Below, in pieces: positions 1 to 9,368 of a stretch of DNA of 64,000 nucleotides. Below the pieces are notes generated by a model, which saw nothing but the letters and a program-made list of their open reading frames with translations, had not been told where the DNA came from and searched no databases. Numbering within the stretch: position 1 is the first letter of the stretch; each line of letters begins with the position of its first letter. The stretch spans positions 191,720 to 255,719 of the forward strand of contig JAQBRE010000002.1 in the NCBI GenBank assembly GCA_028286605.1, in the 5' to 3' direction. The DNA is from Parcubacteria group bacterium (GTDB lineage Bacteria; Patescibacteriota; Minisyncoccia; Phycocordibacterales; Phycocordibacteraceae). The position numbers and the translations under genes are program-made.

Positions 1-33
1 TTCTTTAAAAGTATTTGATGCTAATTATGTAAA

Positions 34-513
34 ATGATTCAGCTTATGACTGAATATAAGAAAGTTGCTAAACTAAGCTTAGTTGACGCTGCATATGTTG
101 CTGGCTTAATTGACGGCGAAGGAACAATAACTCTTACAAGAAGACAAAAGAACAAGGAGCGTTGCGTTGCCATTACTATCGCAAATACAGAACTAGATCT
201 TCTTGAATTTCCTCTCGCTATTATCAAGGCAGGAATAATTACTTCTAAGAAAACCTTTAAACCAAATCACTCTGCTTCATATGTATATCAAATATCAGGA
301 AGACAAGCTTTAGATCTTTTGGAACAGATAACACCATTTCTAAAATCTTATAAAAAGAATCGAGCTCAATTTTTGCTAAAGGACTATATTCGACTTACGC
401 CGCGTAACGGTCGCTATACAGCGGACCAGCTTCAAGAAAGAAAAGCGTTTGTGGAAGAGTTCTTTACAATTACAGCAAATGGAAACAGCCCGCATGTGCG
501 GGCTGTTTCCTAG
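34..513 (+). CDS. LAGLIDADG homing endonuclease, single-motif (I-CreI-like), 159 aa
   Basis: Contains the motif VAGLIDGEGT (LAGLIDADG signature) and is the right size for a single-motif homodimeric enzyme. The ORF begins 33 nt into the window, so its upstream context is unknown. Confidence 0.75.
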   Translation: MIQLMTEYKKVAKLSLVDAAYVAGLIDGEGTITLTRRQKNKERCVAITIANTELDLLEFPLAIIKAGIITSKKTFKPNHSASYVYQISGRQALDLLEQITPFLKSYKKNRAQFLLKDYIRLTPRNGRYTADQLQERKAFVEEFFTITANGNSPHVRAVS

Positions 514-517
514 ATTG

Positions 518-934
518 TGGAGGTGCGGGAAATCGAATCCCGGTCCGAATCCGGCCTTGAAAGCGAGTCTACGACGCGTAGCTGCTGTTGAAGTTTCAGC
601 AGGAATGTAAAAACGTCAGCGAAACCATTCCTGCCTGAGTCCTAAGTCTTAATAATCAAGCTGGACCAGCCGGACTATCGATCTCTTAGAGAATTACGCC
701 CATACACTCAGCTAAGAGAACCTGAATGTGTGAACGTCGCTAGGCGAACGTGCGGTTAGGCAGTCGCGTAGGCGAACGCAAAGTCGTTCTTCGTGAAAAA
801 CGGAGAGACGAGGCTCTTTGCGCTTGCAACGGTTTTGTTTGCAAGTATTTTTGATTGCGAGATTTAGGTGGTCTGCAATCATCCACCGCGTCGCACGTCT
901 CTCAAGGTACAGACCGTCAAAGCCGGTCACCCCC
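518..934 (-). ncRNA. ssrA: tmRNA (ssrA), one-piece
   Basis: Read on the minus strand, the 5' end is GGGGGUGACCGGCUUUGACGG. The 3' end is a T-arm CGGGA-UUCGAUU-UCCCG followed directly by CACCUCC plus a discriminator A. This gives a 7-bp acceptor stem with a G3:U70 wobble, the alanine identity element. An internal tag reading frame ends ...NDFAFAYATA then UAA. It lies immediately downstream of smpB on the same strand. Confidence 0.7.
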
Positions 935-988
935 AGTGCGGACACTATCAGGAGATGGTGTCCGGACTGCGAGCGGCCCGCATGCGCA

Positions 989-1459
989 CTACTTCTTGCC
1001 GCGCATCGCTTGCTGGATCTCGCGCTCGTCGTCTTTGCGCTTGAGGTCCTGACGCTTGTCCGCTTTGTTCTTTCCGCGGACGATCGCGATGCGCACCTTG
1101 ATGTATCGACCAGCATTATACACTTCAAAAGGCACTACTGTCAACCCTTTCTTCGATTCAGCATCGCCGATCTCTGCGATCTCATCTTTCTTGAGAAGCA
1201 GACGTCGCGTCGCGTCCGGCTGATAGCCTTCAGGCGTGTTGGCGACCTGATACGGAGAGATACTCATCCCAACCAGGAACGCTTCGCCACCGCGTACGAG
1301 CACGCGAGCACCTTCAAGAGACCCCTGTTTCTTACGCAGGGATTTCGTTTCAGCGCCACTCAGCTCGATACCGGCCTGAAAGGGCTTGAGTATCTCGAAG
1401 CGCAGATGTGCTTTCTTGTTTTCGACTAAGTTCATGAAGAAATGGTCGCCATATCGCAC
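989..1459 (-). CDS. smpB: SsrA-binding protein SmpB (probable true start at 1435, MNLVENKKAH...)
   Basis: Shows SmpB-like sequence: KKAHLRFEILKPFQAGIELSGAETKSLRKK...ISPY...LLLKKDEI...GLTVVPFEVY, with a basic C-terminal tail. Confidence 0.85.
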   Translation of the reverse strand: MRYGDHFFMNLVENKKAHLRFEILKPFQAGIELSGAETKSLRKKQGSLEGARVLVRGGEAFLVGMSISPYQVANTPEGYQPDATRRLLLKKDEIAEIGDAESKKGLTVVPFEVYNAGRYIKVRIAIVRGKNKADKRQDLKRKDDEREIQQAMRGKK

Positions 1460-3451
1460 GGCGTTCCACTATTGTATAGTGTGCTAGATATGGCACCTAA
1501 CAGCAACACCACGCCTCCGGAAGGGGGAAAGAAGAAACAGATAAAGAAGAGTTCAGGCACTGCGCCTGAAGACGGAAAGAAGAAGCTGCCAGGATCTGGC
1601 ATGCCCGGCGGATCAGGCTTCCTTATGAATCTCGGAATGACGATCATCATCTTCCTGCTCCTTATTAGCGGGTATTCAGCTATTACTGGCCTCACGAAGC
1701 AGAAGGTACAGGTGCCTCTTTCCCAGGTTGCCGCGGACGTGAAATCTGGAGCCGTGAAGGAAATCGATGTGAACGGAAACGATCTCGATCTCACGTATGC
1801 AGACGGCACGCACAAGACAGCGATGAAGGATCCGGATACGGGTCTTCCTGAAACGCTTGCGACCTATGGCGCTACGCCAGATCAGCTTTCTGCGGTTGCT
1901 ATAAAGATCCAGAATGAATCTGGCTTCAAGTTCTGGTTCCTTACGTTCGCACCGATCATCTTCCCCGTAATACTCCTCGGCATTCTGTTCCTGTTCTTGG
2001 TTCGTCAGGTAAGGGGCGCTGGCATGCAGGCATTCACGTTCGGTCAGTCGAAGGCGCGCATGACTGATCCTGCGGATCAGTCGCAGCGCGTTACGTTCGC
2101 GGACGTCGCCGGCGCGAAGGAAGCGAAGGAAGAATTAATGGAGATAGTGGATTTCTTGAAGAATCCTAAGAAATTCCTGGATATAGGTGCGCGTATTCCT
2201 AAGGGCATCCTGCTTATGGGTGCTCCCGGTACCGGAAAGACGCTGCTCGCGCGCGCAGTCGCCGGCGAAGCCGGCGTGCCATTCTTCTCGATTTCCGGTT
2301 CGGAATTCGTTGAGATGTTCGTGGGTGTCGGCGCGTCGCGTGTGCGTGATCTCTTCCAGATCGCTAAGAAAGCAGCACCTTCGATCATCTTCGTCGATGA
2401 GATCGATGCGGTTGGTCGCGTGCGCGGTTCAGGTGTCGGTGGCGGAAACGATGAACGCGAACAGACGCTCAATCAGATCCTCGTGGAAATGGACGGCTTC
2501 GATCCTACTGAAAAGGTTATCGTCATGGCGGCAACGAACCGTCCGGACGTTCTCGACCCTGCACTGATGCGCCCAGGCCGTTTCGATCGTCGTGTAACGA
2601 TCGATCTTCCTGACCGAAAGGATCGCCTCGAGATTCTTGCCGTGCATTCACGCACGAAGCCATTCGGTCCTGATGTGAATCTTGAAGTGATCGCAGAACG
2701 CACGCCAGGATTCTCGGGTGCAGAACTCTACTCGCTCATGAACGAAGGCGCGATCCTTGCCGCGCGTGAGAATCGCACGGAAGTGACGCAGTACGATCTC
2801 ATCCGCTCAATCGAGAAAGTCATGCTCGGCCCTGAACGCAAGAGCCACCTTATGAATAAGGAAGAGAAGAAGCTCACGGCATATCACGAGGCGGGTCATG
2901 CGCTCGTTACCTCCGTCCTTGAATTCGCTGATCCGGTGCACAAGATATCGATCATCAGTCGCGGACGTGCAGGCGGCTACACGCTCAAGCTTCCGTTCGA
3001 AGATCACAAGATGCAGAGCCGCAAGGAATTCCTTGATGACATCGCGGGTACGCTCGGCGGCTTCGCGGCTGAAGAGCTTATCTACGGCGACGTTACCACC
3101 GGCCCATCAAACGATCTTGCCGTGGTTACGGCGCTCGCACGCGATATGGTCTCACGCTATGGCATGAGCGACGTTATCGGTCCGGTTGCGTTCGCCACGG
3201 ATCATTCGTATCGCAACGAAACGTATTCGCAGGACATCGCTGCGAAGATCGATGCGGAAGTTTCGCGCATGATGGAAGAAGGGAAGAATCGCGCACGTCA
3301 GGTGCTTATGGATCATCGTGGCGCACTTGATGCTATCGCATTGAAGCTCGTTGAAGTCGAGACGCTTGAACGCGAAGAATTCGAGAAGATACTCATTGCT
3401 AACGGAATCACGCCGAAGAGCAAGAAGGAGGAGGACGTGCTGAAGGTGTAA
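1442..3451 (+). CDS. ftsH: ATP-dependent zinc metalloprotease FtsH (alternative start at 1490)
   Basis: Has an N-terminal TM region, Walker A GAPGTGKT, an AAA second region of homology, and the zinc-binding motif HEAGHA. Confidence 0.95.
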   Translation: MVAISHGVPLLYSVLDMAPNSNTTPPEGGKKKQIKKSSGTAPEDGKKKLPGSGMPGGSGFLMNLGMTIIIFLLLISGYSAITGLTKQKVQVPLSQVAADVKSGAVKEIDVNGNDLDLTYADGTHKTAMKDPDTGLPETLATYGATPDQLSAVAIKIQNESGFKFWFLTFAPIIFPVILLGILFLFLVRQVRGAGMQAFTFGQSKARMTDPADQSQRVTFADVAGAKEAKEELMEIVDFLKNPKKFLDIGARIPKGILLMGAPGTGKTLLARAVAGEAGVPFFSISGSEFVEMFVGVGASRVRDLFQIAKKAAPSIIFVDEIDAVGRVRGSGVGGGNDEREQTLNQILVEMDGFDPTEKVIVMAATNRPDVLDPALMRPGRFDRRVTIDLPDRKDRLEILAVHSRTKPFGPDVNLEVIAERTPGFSGAELYSLMNEGAILAARENRTEVTQYDLIRSIEKVMLGPERKSHLMNKEEKKLTAYHEAGHALVTSVLEFADPVHKISIISRGRAGGYTLKLPFEDHKMQSRKEFLDDIAGTLGGFAAEELIYGDVTTGPSNDLAVVTALARDMVSRYGMSDVIGPVAFATDHSYRNETYSQDIAAKIDAEVSRMMEEGKNRARQVLMDHRGALDAIALKLVEVETLEREEFEKILIANGITPKSKKEEDVLKV

Positions 3452-3472
3452 GAGATACGAGCATAAAAAGAA

Positions 3473-3504
3473 AGACGGCGGCCTCGGAGAGGTCGCCGCT
3501 TTTT
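3473..3504. terminator. Putative bidirectional rho-independent terminator
   Basis: A GC-rich hairpin GACGGCGGCC-tcggagag-GTCGCCGC is followed by TTTTT. It sits between the convergent ftsH and small-membrane-protein genes. Confidence 0.5.
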
Positions 3505-3520
3505 CGTATAGAACGAAGTC

Positions 3521-3739
3521 CTATCGAAGGTCTTCGGGTTTCGTCGGTGCGGTTGAGACGCTACCGAGATAGGTGATCGCCAGCAGCACGACTCCCAGGA
3601 GTAGAATCACTCCTGTAAACGTCATGACGCTGGCAGCTTCGGGATAATGCGGCATGGCGTGCCCGCCGCCGAATATGAGCCCGAAGCCTGCTATGAATAG
3701 CAGAAGCACGGTCCATTTACGCTTAGTCATCAATAGCAT
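3521..3739 (-). CDS. Small hypothetical membrane protein (72 aa)
   Basis: An ORF with two hydrophobic segments and no recognisable motif. Confidence 0.4.
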   Translation of the reverse strand: MLLMTKRKWTVLLLFIAGFGLIFGGGHAMPHYPEAASVMTFTGVILLLGVVLLAITYLGSVSTAPTKPEDLR

Positions 3740-3820
3740 CCCTCTGTTTCAATCCTTTCTGACCATATAAGAAAGGACGGACATGCGCAAGAAATGGAAA
3801 GCGTGTAAAGTATCTGAGAC

Positions 3821-3894
3821 GCATGCGTAGCTCAGTTGGTTAGAGCTCGGAGCTTATACCTCCGCGGTCCCTGGTTCGAGTCCAGGCGCATGCA
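3821..3894 (+). tRNA. tRNA with anticodon UAU (reads AUA; tRNA-Ile(UAU)-type)
   Basis: Folds as a cloverleaf: acceptor GCAUGCG/CGCAUGC, U8, D-stem GCUC/GAGC, anticodon stem CGGAG/CUCCG, loop CUUAUAC, T-arm CCUGG-UUCGAGU-CCAGG, discriminator A. No CCA is encoded. Confidence 0.7.
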
Positions 3895-4731
3895 CTATTT
3901 AGGGAATATATCGGTGAGCTGATTCGAGTTGTAGAAATCCAGTGCAAGACCGCCGAAACTGAAGGTTTGATTGCCTGCGGTAATCTCTGCACCGCCAACC
4001 TGCGGACTCGCATTTGGCATCGAATGCTGGAAACCGATATTGTAGAGCGTCGAGAGCACTGCGATATTGCTATCGATGGGGAAGCCGGCGTTTCGCCACT
4101 GCGCTTCGATTTCTTTTATATAGAGGCCTGCATACACATAGCTCCAGTAATGGTTGTGCTGGTCAGTCATGCGCGTGAAGCGTGCCGTGGTGATATCAGT
4201 CGTCGTCGCAGGAAAGTCGAGCAGATGCGCGTACTGGTCGCCAGGATAGTACGGAGATGTCGGATCCTTCAGATTATTTTCAACCTGTATGGCTGTCGCT
4301 TCCTTCATGCCCATGACACCCCAGCTGAACTGCGTTTGCGAGCCGAGAATCTTAAGCGGCAGGAAGAACTGTTTGTAGAGTTCGCGTTCAGTGAAGAAAA
4401 GGCGCAGCTGTTCGGCAACGAGATTCGCGGCAATTAAACGCGCAGGTACGCCGGAGGCACTCGCTGCTGTAGTAAGTGCTGTTTGATCTTTCGTGAGTGC
4501 TGCAGCGATGACGCCCCACTCTTCGGTCTGCTGCCATGGAAGATTCGAATCGTTGGAGACAGCCTGAGAAGCTGCGGGGCCAAGAAATGATTCACGCTGG
4601 AGGTCTACGACGCCTTTTTCATTCGTCAGGCCGAACTTCACGGCGAAGTAGCCGGCAACCAGAAAAATGCCGATCGCTGCGAAGATATAAATGACGATAT
4701 TGAGTCCAATCTTAAGGTGCTTTTTCTCCAT
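3895..4731 (-). CDS. Hypothetical membrane-anchored secreted protein (278 aa)
   Basis: Has an N-terminal TM helix then a large extracytoplasmic domain. No recognisable catalytic motif. Confidence 0.5.
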   Translation of the reverse strand: MEKKHLKIGLNIVIYIFAAIGIFLVAGYFAVKFGLTNEKGVVDLQRESFLGPAASQAVSNDSNLPWQQTEEWGVIAAALTKDQTALTTAASASGVPARLIAANLVAEQLRLFFTERELYKQFFLPLKILGSQTQFSWGVMGMKEATAIQVENNLKDPTSPYYPGDQYAHLLDFPATTTDITTARFTRMTDQHNHYWSYVYAGLYIKEIEAQWRNAGFPIDSNIAVLSTLYNIGFQHSMPNASPQVGGAEITAGNQTFSFGGLALDFYNSNQLTDIFPK

Positions 4732-4784
4732 AGGTGCACGTACTGTATCGTGCGGAACGTGGGAAGTAAATGAAAGGCACTATG

Positions 4785-7076
4785 TTATTCCATGTGGAGG
4801 CGTTCGTCGGAGCGGAGCGCGATAGCTTTGAGGGTGGGGTACTTGGTGAGCTCAGGGTCTTCCTTGATGAGGCGCGCAGCTTCGCTGCGCGCAGCCTCCA
4901 CCAGCCGCATATTCTTTATCGCTTCCATAGCGATATCCGAGATACCCCATTGGCGACCGCCGACGAGTTCACCTGCGCCGCGCAGCGCGAGGTCGTATTC
5001 AGCGAGCTCGAAACCGTCTTTCGCCGTCATGAGTGCTTTCAGGCGATCCTTTGTTGCGGGGCCGTATGATTCCGGCAGTGCGAAACAATACGCCTGATTA
5101 TTCGAACGGATGACACGCCCGCGCAGCTGATGCAGCTGCGCCAGTCCGAATCGCTCGGCACCTTCGATAAGTATCACCGTTGCATTCGGCACGTTCACGC
5201 CGACCTCAACCACAGAGGTTGCGACAAGGATATCAACTTCACCGTTACTGAATCGTTTCATCACGTCCTCTTTATCTTTCGGCGTCATCTTGCTATGCAG
5301 GATATCGATAATGGCGTCTGGAAATACATGCAGCTTGAGCCGCTCAGCTTCTGCCTTTACGCTCTTCGCTTGTACCGCCAGTTCTTTCGTAGGGTCGGGT
5401 TCGTCGATGCGCGGACAAATCACGTAGCCCTGGCGGCCCTTGTCCATTTCCTCTTTCAATCGCGCATATGCGAGTTGTCGTTTCTCAGGATCGAGTACTT
5501 CGGTGATGATGGGTTTACGGCCTACAGGCATTTCATCCAGCAGCGAAACGTCGAGGTCTCCGTATATGGTGAGCGCGAGCGTGCGAGGAATCGGTGTGGC
5601 GGTCATGGAAAGAAGATGGGGAGAGATATCGCCTTTGCGCGTGAGCTTCTGGCGATGCGCTTTGCCGAAGCGATGCTGCTCGTCGATAATCGCGTATGCG
5701 AGGTTCTGGAATTCAAGTGATTTGTACACGAGCGCATGCGTACCAATGACGATAGGTATCTCGCCATTCGCTACCCACTTCGTGAATTGCGCACGCGATA
5801 CTTTCGCAGACTCTTCGCCACGAATCTTGGAAGGGAATTTTCGGCACTCGCTGCCGGTCATAAGACCGATAGGAATGGGATGATCTTTGAAATAGGAAAC
5901 GAAGGTAGAGAAATGCTGCTTCGCGAGGATTTCGGTAGGACACATGTAGGCAACCTGCAGCGTGCCGGATTTTCGACCAGGCGGGTAGGAGGTGGCCACC
6001 ATATAGGCCGTTGCAGCAGCAACGGCCGTTTTTCCTGAACCCACATCGCCTTCAAGCAAACGGCGCATCGGATGAGACTGCTCGAAGTCATCAATAATGC
6101 TGTTTATAGAGCGGCGCTGCGCGCCGGTTGGCGGAAAGGGAAACGACTCGACGAATGCATCCAGGGACTTCCTATCAACCTGCACTTGCAGTGCTTTCTC
6201 CTCAAGAGTCTGTGCGCGCTCGCGCTGCATAGCGAGCTGTATCGCGAACACTTCTTCGAAGGCGAAACGCTTTCGCGCTGCTTCGCTGTCTCCTTTTTTC
6301 ATCGGTGCGTGTACCCATACCAACGCCGTCGCTAAGCTCGGTAAGTTATAGCGCTCAAGGATATCTGCAGGTATCGGATCTTGAATCGCTTCATGCACAT
6401 GCGCTTCGAACAGTTTCTTCTCTGCATGCAGGAACCACAAGCTCGAAACGCCGCGGCTTTCCGGATAAATCGCATAGAGCGCGTCCTCGATGATGGGTGC
6501 GCCTTCTTCTTTCTTGAAAAGCGTATCATGCACGTCTTCCGGCGATACAGGCGACTTGTCGATTTCCGGATTCGCGAGATACATCTTCGCTGCGGTGCCG
6601 GCGATACGCCCGGTCGCTTTCACCACCATGCCGTCTGCGACCATCTTCGCCATGTACGGCTGCGAGAACCACATCAGCTTGATGCGTCCGCTCGCGTCTT
6701 CAAGCCATGCCTCGGCCATCGGTCGCTTACTCTTCCATGATTTCTTCGCTTCGGGCTTACGTATAGTGCCGTATAGCGTAACTTCGGTGCCAGGCGTTAC
6801 AGCGGCAACGGTACCAGTCGGTCCTGCAGCCTCATAGCGCGCAGGGAAGTGGTATAGCAAATCACGTATCGTGCGGATACCGAGGCGCGTCAGCGCCGAT
6901 TTCTGGTCGGTACGAAGGCGTGTGAAGTGCTGCGTGACGAGGTCGGTCGGCTTCATACAGTCATTATACCGTTTTAAGATATACTGCACTTCTATGGACC
7001 CAAAGGCTAAAAAAATTGTTGCTGAATACAAGAAAGCAGGTGCACGCATCGAGACGAAAAGCCGTGTGAAGCTCAA
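4785..7076 (-). CDS. recG: ATP-dependent DNA helicase RecG (probable start at 6956, MKPTDLV...)
   Basis: Has a wedge/OB N-terminal region, Walker A GDVGSGKT, DEQHRFG, the SMTATPIPRTLAL helicase motif, and HQLRGRV. Confidence 0.9.
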   Translation of the reverse strand: MSFTRLFVSMRAPAFLYSATIFLAFGSIEVQYILKRYNDCMKPTDLVTQHFTRLRTDQKSALTRLGIRTIRDLLYHFPARYEAAGPTGTVAAVTPGTEVTLYGTIRKPEAKKSWKSKRPMAEAWLEDASGRIKLMWFSQPYMAKMVADGMVVKATGRIAGTAAKMYLANPEIDKSPVSPEDVHDTLFKKEEGAPIIEDALYAIYPESRGVSSLWFLHAEKKLFEAHVHEAIQDPIPADILERYNLPSLATALVWVHAPMKKGDSEAARKRFAFEEVFAIQLAMQRERAQTLEEKALQVQVDRKSLDAFVESFPFPPTGAQRRSINSIIDDFEQSHPMRRLLEGDVGSGKTAVAAATAYMVATSYPPGRKSGTLQVAYMCPTEILAKQHFSTFVSYFKDHPIPIGLMTGSECRKFPSKIRGEESAKVSRAQFTKWVANGEIPIVIGTHALVYKSLEFQNLAYAIIDEQHRFGKAHRQKLTRKGDISPHLLSMTATPIPRTLALTIYGDLDVSLLDEMPVGRKPIITEVLDPEKRQLAYARLKEEMDKGRQGYVICPRIDEPDPTKELAVQAKSVKAEAERLKLHVFPDAIIDILHSKMTPKDKEDVMKRFSNGEVDILVATSVVEVGVNVPNATVILIEGAERFGLAQLHQLRGRVIRSNNQAYCFALPESYGPATKDRLKALMTAKDGFELAEYDLALRGAGELVGGRQWGISDIAMEAIKNMRLVEAARSEAARLIKEDPELTKYPTLKAIALRSDERLHME

Positions 7077-8130
7077 AACGAAGGAGGATATTGCATTGTG
7101 GTATACGCCAGGAGTGGGTGCGGCCTCGAATCACTTGGCCGCGCATCCGGAGGATGCGCGCCTGATGAGCGTGAAGCGTAATTCAATTGCAGTTATCTCT
7201 GACGGCTCTGCAGTTCTCGGACTCGGTAACATCGGCCCGTATGGTGCGCTTCCGGTTATGGAAGGGAAGGCGCTTATTTTCCGCGAGATGGCGGGCGTCG
7301 ACGCGTGGCCTATCGTGCTTGATACGCAGGATCCTGATCGTATCGTTGAAACGGTCCTCGCTATTGCGCCTTCGTTCGGTGGCATCAACCTTGAGGACAT
7401 CAAAGCGCCGCAGTGTTTCCAGATTGAGAAGCTTCTTATTGAGAAGCTGAATATTCCCGTTATGCATGATGACCAGCACGGCACGGCAATCATCGTACTT
7501 GCGGCACTTATCAATGCCACGAAAGTGGTGGGGAAGACTATGAAGAAATTGCGCGTGGTGATAAGCGGTGCCGGTGCAGCCGGCACCGCAACTGCGAAGC
7601 TGCTACGCGCAGCAGGCATTTCAGATATTATCGTCCTCGATCGCGGCGGCGCGCTGTACGCAGGCCGTGAAGATATGAATATAGATAAGCAGGAGCTCGC
7701 TGTCATTACGAATCCACGCAGCGAAGTAGGAGACCTCATGCATGTGCTTGAAGGCGCTGATGTATTCATCGGACTTTCTGGCCCTGGCCTCCTTACGGCA
7801 GAACATATCGGACGTATGGCACCGGATTCTATTATCTTTGCGCTTTCAAACCCTGTCCCTGAAATTATGCCGGATGAAGCCAAGAAAGGCGGAGCTGCCG
7901 TAATCGGCACTGGCCGTTCAGATTTCCCGAATCAGATAAATAATGCGCTCGTGTTCCCAGGGATATTCCGTGGCGCACTTGATAAAGGCGTGACGAAGAT
8001 TACGGAAGAAACGAAGCTGCGCGCCGCAAAAGCACTCGCTGCGCTCGTGCTCAAACCAACTGCTAATAAGATCATTCCCGACATCTTCGACAAGCGCGTC
8101 GTTCCTGCCGTCGCGAAAGCAGTTCGATAG
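6994..8130 (+). CDS. NAD(P)-dependent malic enzyme (ORF opens at 6871; likely start MDPKAKK at 6994)
   Basis: Shows malic-enzyme sequence: WYTPGVG...ISDGSAVLGLGNIG...PVMEGKALIF...HDDQHGTAIIVLAALINA...ISGAGAAGTA. Confidence 0.85.
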   Translation: MDPKAKKIVAEYKKAGARIETKSRVKLKTKEDIALWYTPGVGAASNHLAAHPEDARLMSVKRNSIAVISDGSAVLGLGNIGPYGALPVMEGKALIFREMAGVDAWPIVLDTQDPDRIVETVLAIAPSFGGINLEDIKAPQCFQIEKLLIEKLNIPVMHDDQHGTAIIVLAALINATKVVGKTMKKLRVVISGAGAAGTATAKLLRAAGISDIIVLDRGGALYAGREDMNIDKQELAVITNPRSEVGDLMHVLEGADVFIGLSGPGLLTAEHIGRMAPDSIIFALSNPVPEIMPDEAKKGGAAVIGTGRSDFPNQINNALVFPGIFRGALDKGVTKITEETKLRAAKALAALVLKPTANKIIPDIFDKRVVPAVAKAVR

Positions 8131-8149
8131 TCCGCTATACTGTGCGTAT

Positions 8150-8569
8150 ATGAAGACCGCAGGAAGAATTTACAATTTCCTTGTCTGTATTCCAGACCAC
8201 TTATACCCGTTCAGTGAGATTATTGATGGAGAGACTGTCCGCTGGAAGCGGGCGTATGATCAGGCTCTTGCGCGCATGAATAATATCGGTGGGTTCGGAC
8301 ACTATGGTGCCCGGCTCATCGCATACCGAAGCCTTTTCCATGTACTCGGCTCGTTGCTGTTCATACTCTTCGCGACGCTCGTCTCACAGGATCTTTTCGG
8401 AAGTCAGATTGCAATCTATGTACTGTTCGGCATGGCAGCGTTCGCGCTCGTGTATCAGGAATTCTTCCTGCAGCCGCGCACCTTCGGTCAGATGCGCTTG
8501 CATGGCCTTGTCGACGTCCTTTCCTGGATCGTCCCGTTCATCATCTATCTGTACCTGATACTCCGTTAG
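8150..8569 (+). CDS. Hypothetical membrane protein (139 aa)
   Basis: An ORF with about three TM helices and no recognised motif. Confidence 0.4.
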   Translation: MKTAGRIYNFLVCIPDHLYPFSEIIDGETVRWKRAYDQALARMNNIGGFGHYGARLIAYRSLFHVLGSLLFILFATLVSQDLFGSQIAIYVLFGMAAFALVYQEFFLQPRTFGQMRLHGLVDVLSWIVPFIIYLYLILR

Positions 8570-9003
8570 TCACGTTGTACCGCCAGGCGGACGCGCTCGA
8601 ATACGCTTATGAACCAGGCGCGATCTTTCGTGCTTCCGATTTCCTGCGCGACGTTCTGCAACGGTACCCATTTTGCTGCTTCAATTTCCATCGTTGGCGA
8701 GAGAGTAGTGCTTGATGACGCAGAAAAGAGATACATATGTATCTCTTTCATTTCACTCAGGTCATCTCCACCTTCCTTGTCTAGACGATATCGCTTGTAG
8801 CTACCTAAATCATCGATATAGTCGAGGTCGCCAATTCCCGTCTCCTCAAGAATTTCCCGACGAGCTGCCTGCTCATCTGTTTCACCTGGTTCCACGTGAC
8901 CTTTTGGAAAGAGCCATTGCGTTCCCCGACGGTTCTGTACCATCGCTATCGTTCCATGTTCGCCAAGCACTATGCCGCCCGCGCTGCGTGTCTCCTTAGG
9001 CAT
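8566..9003 (-). CDS. NUDIX hydrolase
   Basis: Contains the Nudix box GHVEPGETDEQAARREILEETGI. Confidence 0.8.
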   Translation of the reverse strand: MPKETRSAGGIVLGEHGTIAMVQNRRGTQWLFPKGHVEPGETDEQAARREILEETGIGDLDYIDDLGSYKRYRLDKEGGDDLSEMKEIHMYLFSASSSTTLSPTMEIEAAKWVPLQNVAQEIGSTKDRAWFISVFERVRLAVQRD

Positions 9004-9367
9004 TTGTTGTCTGAGTTCGAGGAAAGAAGGCCAGCGCGAGCGCAGCGAGCGCTATCGAGACATCGCGGAACAATATCGAGAACTGCACCCAGTTGAAACC
9101 GACTATAGCGATGAGCATCAATGCTGCAATGACAGATGGAATACGGATCTTCCAGCCGGAAAGTATCCAGAGCGCGATGATTACTTCAATTATTTCGAAA
9201 CCGTGCAGCATAAGATGCGCATCAATCGGAAGTGCCGTTATGAAGCGAGGGAAGTAACCGATCCATGCGTCTGGTTCTGAAAGACCATCGAATGGCGGAT
9301 ATAGGAATGAAAGCGCGATACTGATGCGCAAGAGCCATTCGCTAAGCGATACGGATTTGAAATTCAT
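8996..9367 (-). CDS. Small membrane protein, DoxX-like (tentative)
   Basis: Has four hydrophobic helices and a size and topology typical of the DoxX family. Confidence 0.4.
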   Translation of the reverse strand: MNFKSVSLSEWLLRISIALSFLYPPFDGLSEPDAWIGYFPRFITALPIDAHLMLHGFEIIEVIIALWILSGWKIRIPSVIAALMLIAIVGFNWVQFSILFRDVSIALAALALAFFPRTQTTNA

Positions 9368-9368
9368 T

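Noticed and set aside
1-1000. Considered that the first kilobase was the 3' part of a 23S rRNA gene carrying a LAGLIDADG-encoding group I intron, the common CPR arrangement.
   Set aside because: No sarcin-ricin loop or other 23S landmarks are visible. The region 518-934 instead folds as the tRNA-like domain of a tmRNA, with G3:U70 and a T-arm contiguous with the acceptor, and sits immediately downstream of smpB.
5130-6529. Multiple plus-strand ORFs of 60-196 aa inside recG.
   Set aside because: They lie entirely within the recG coding region on the opposite strand, have no motifs, and are typical antisense shadows in GC-rich coding DNA.
7131-7910. A 259-aa minus-strand ORF overlapping the malic-enzyme gene.
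   Set aside because: It is a low-complexity Ser/Ala/Pro-rich antisense translation of a well-supported enzyme gene.
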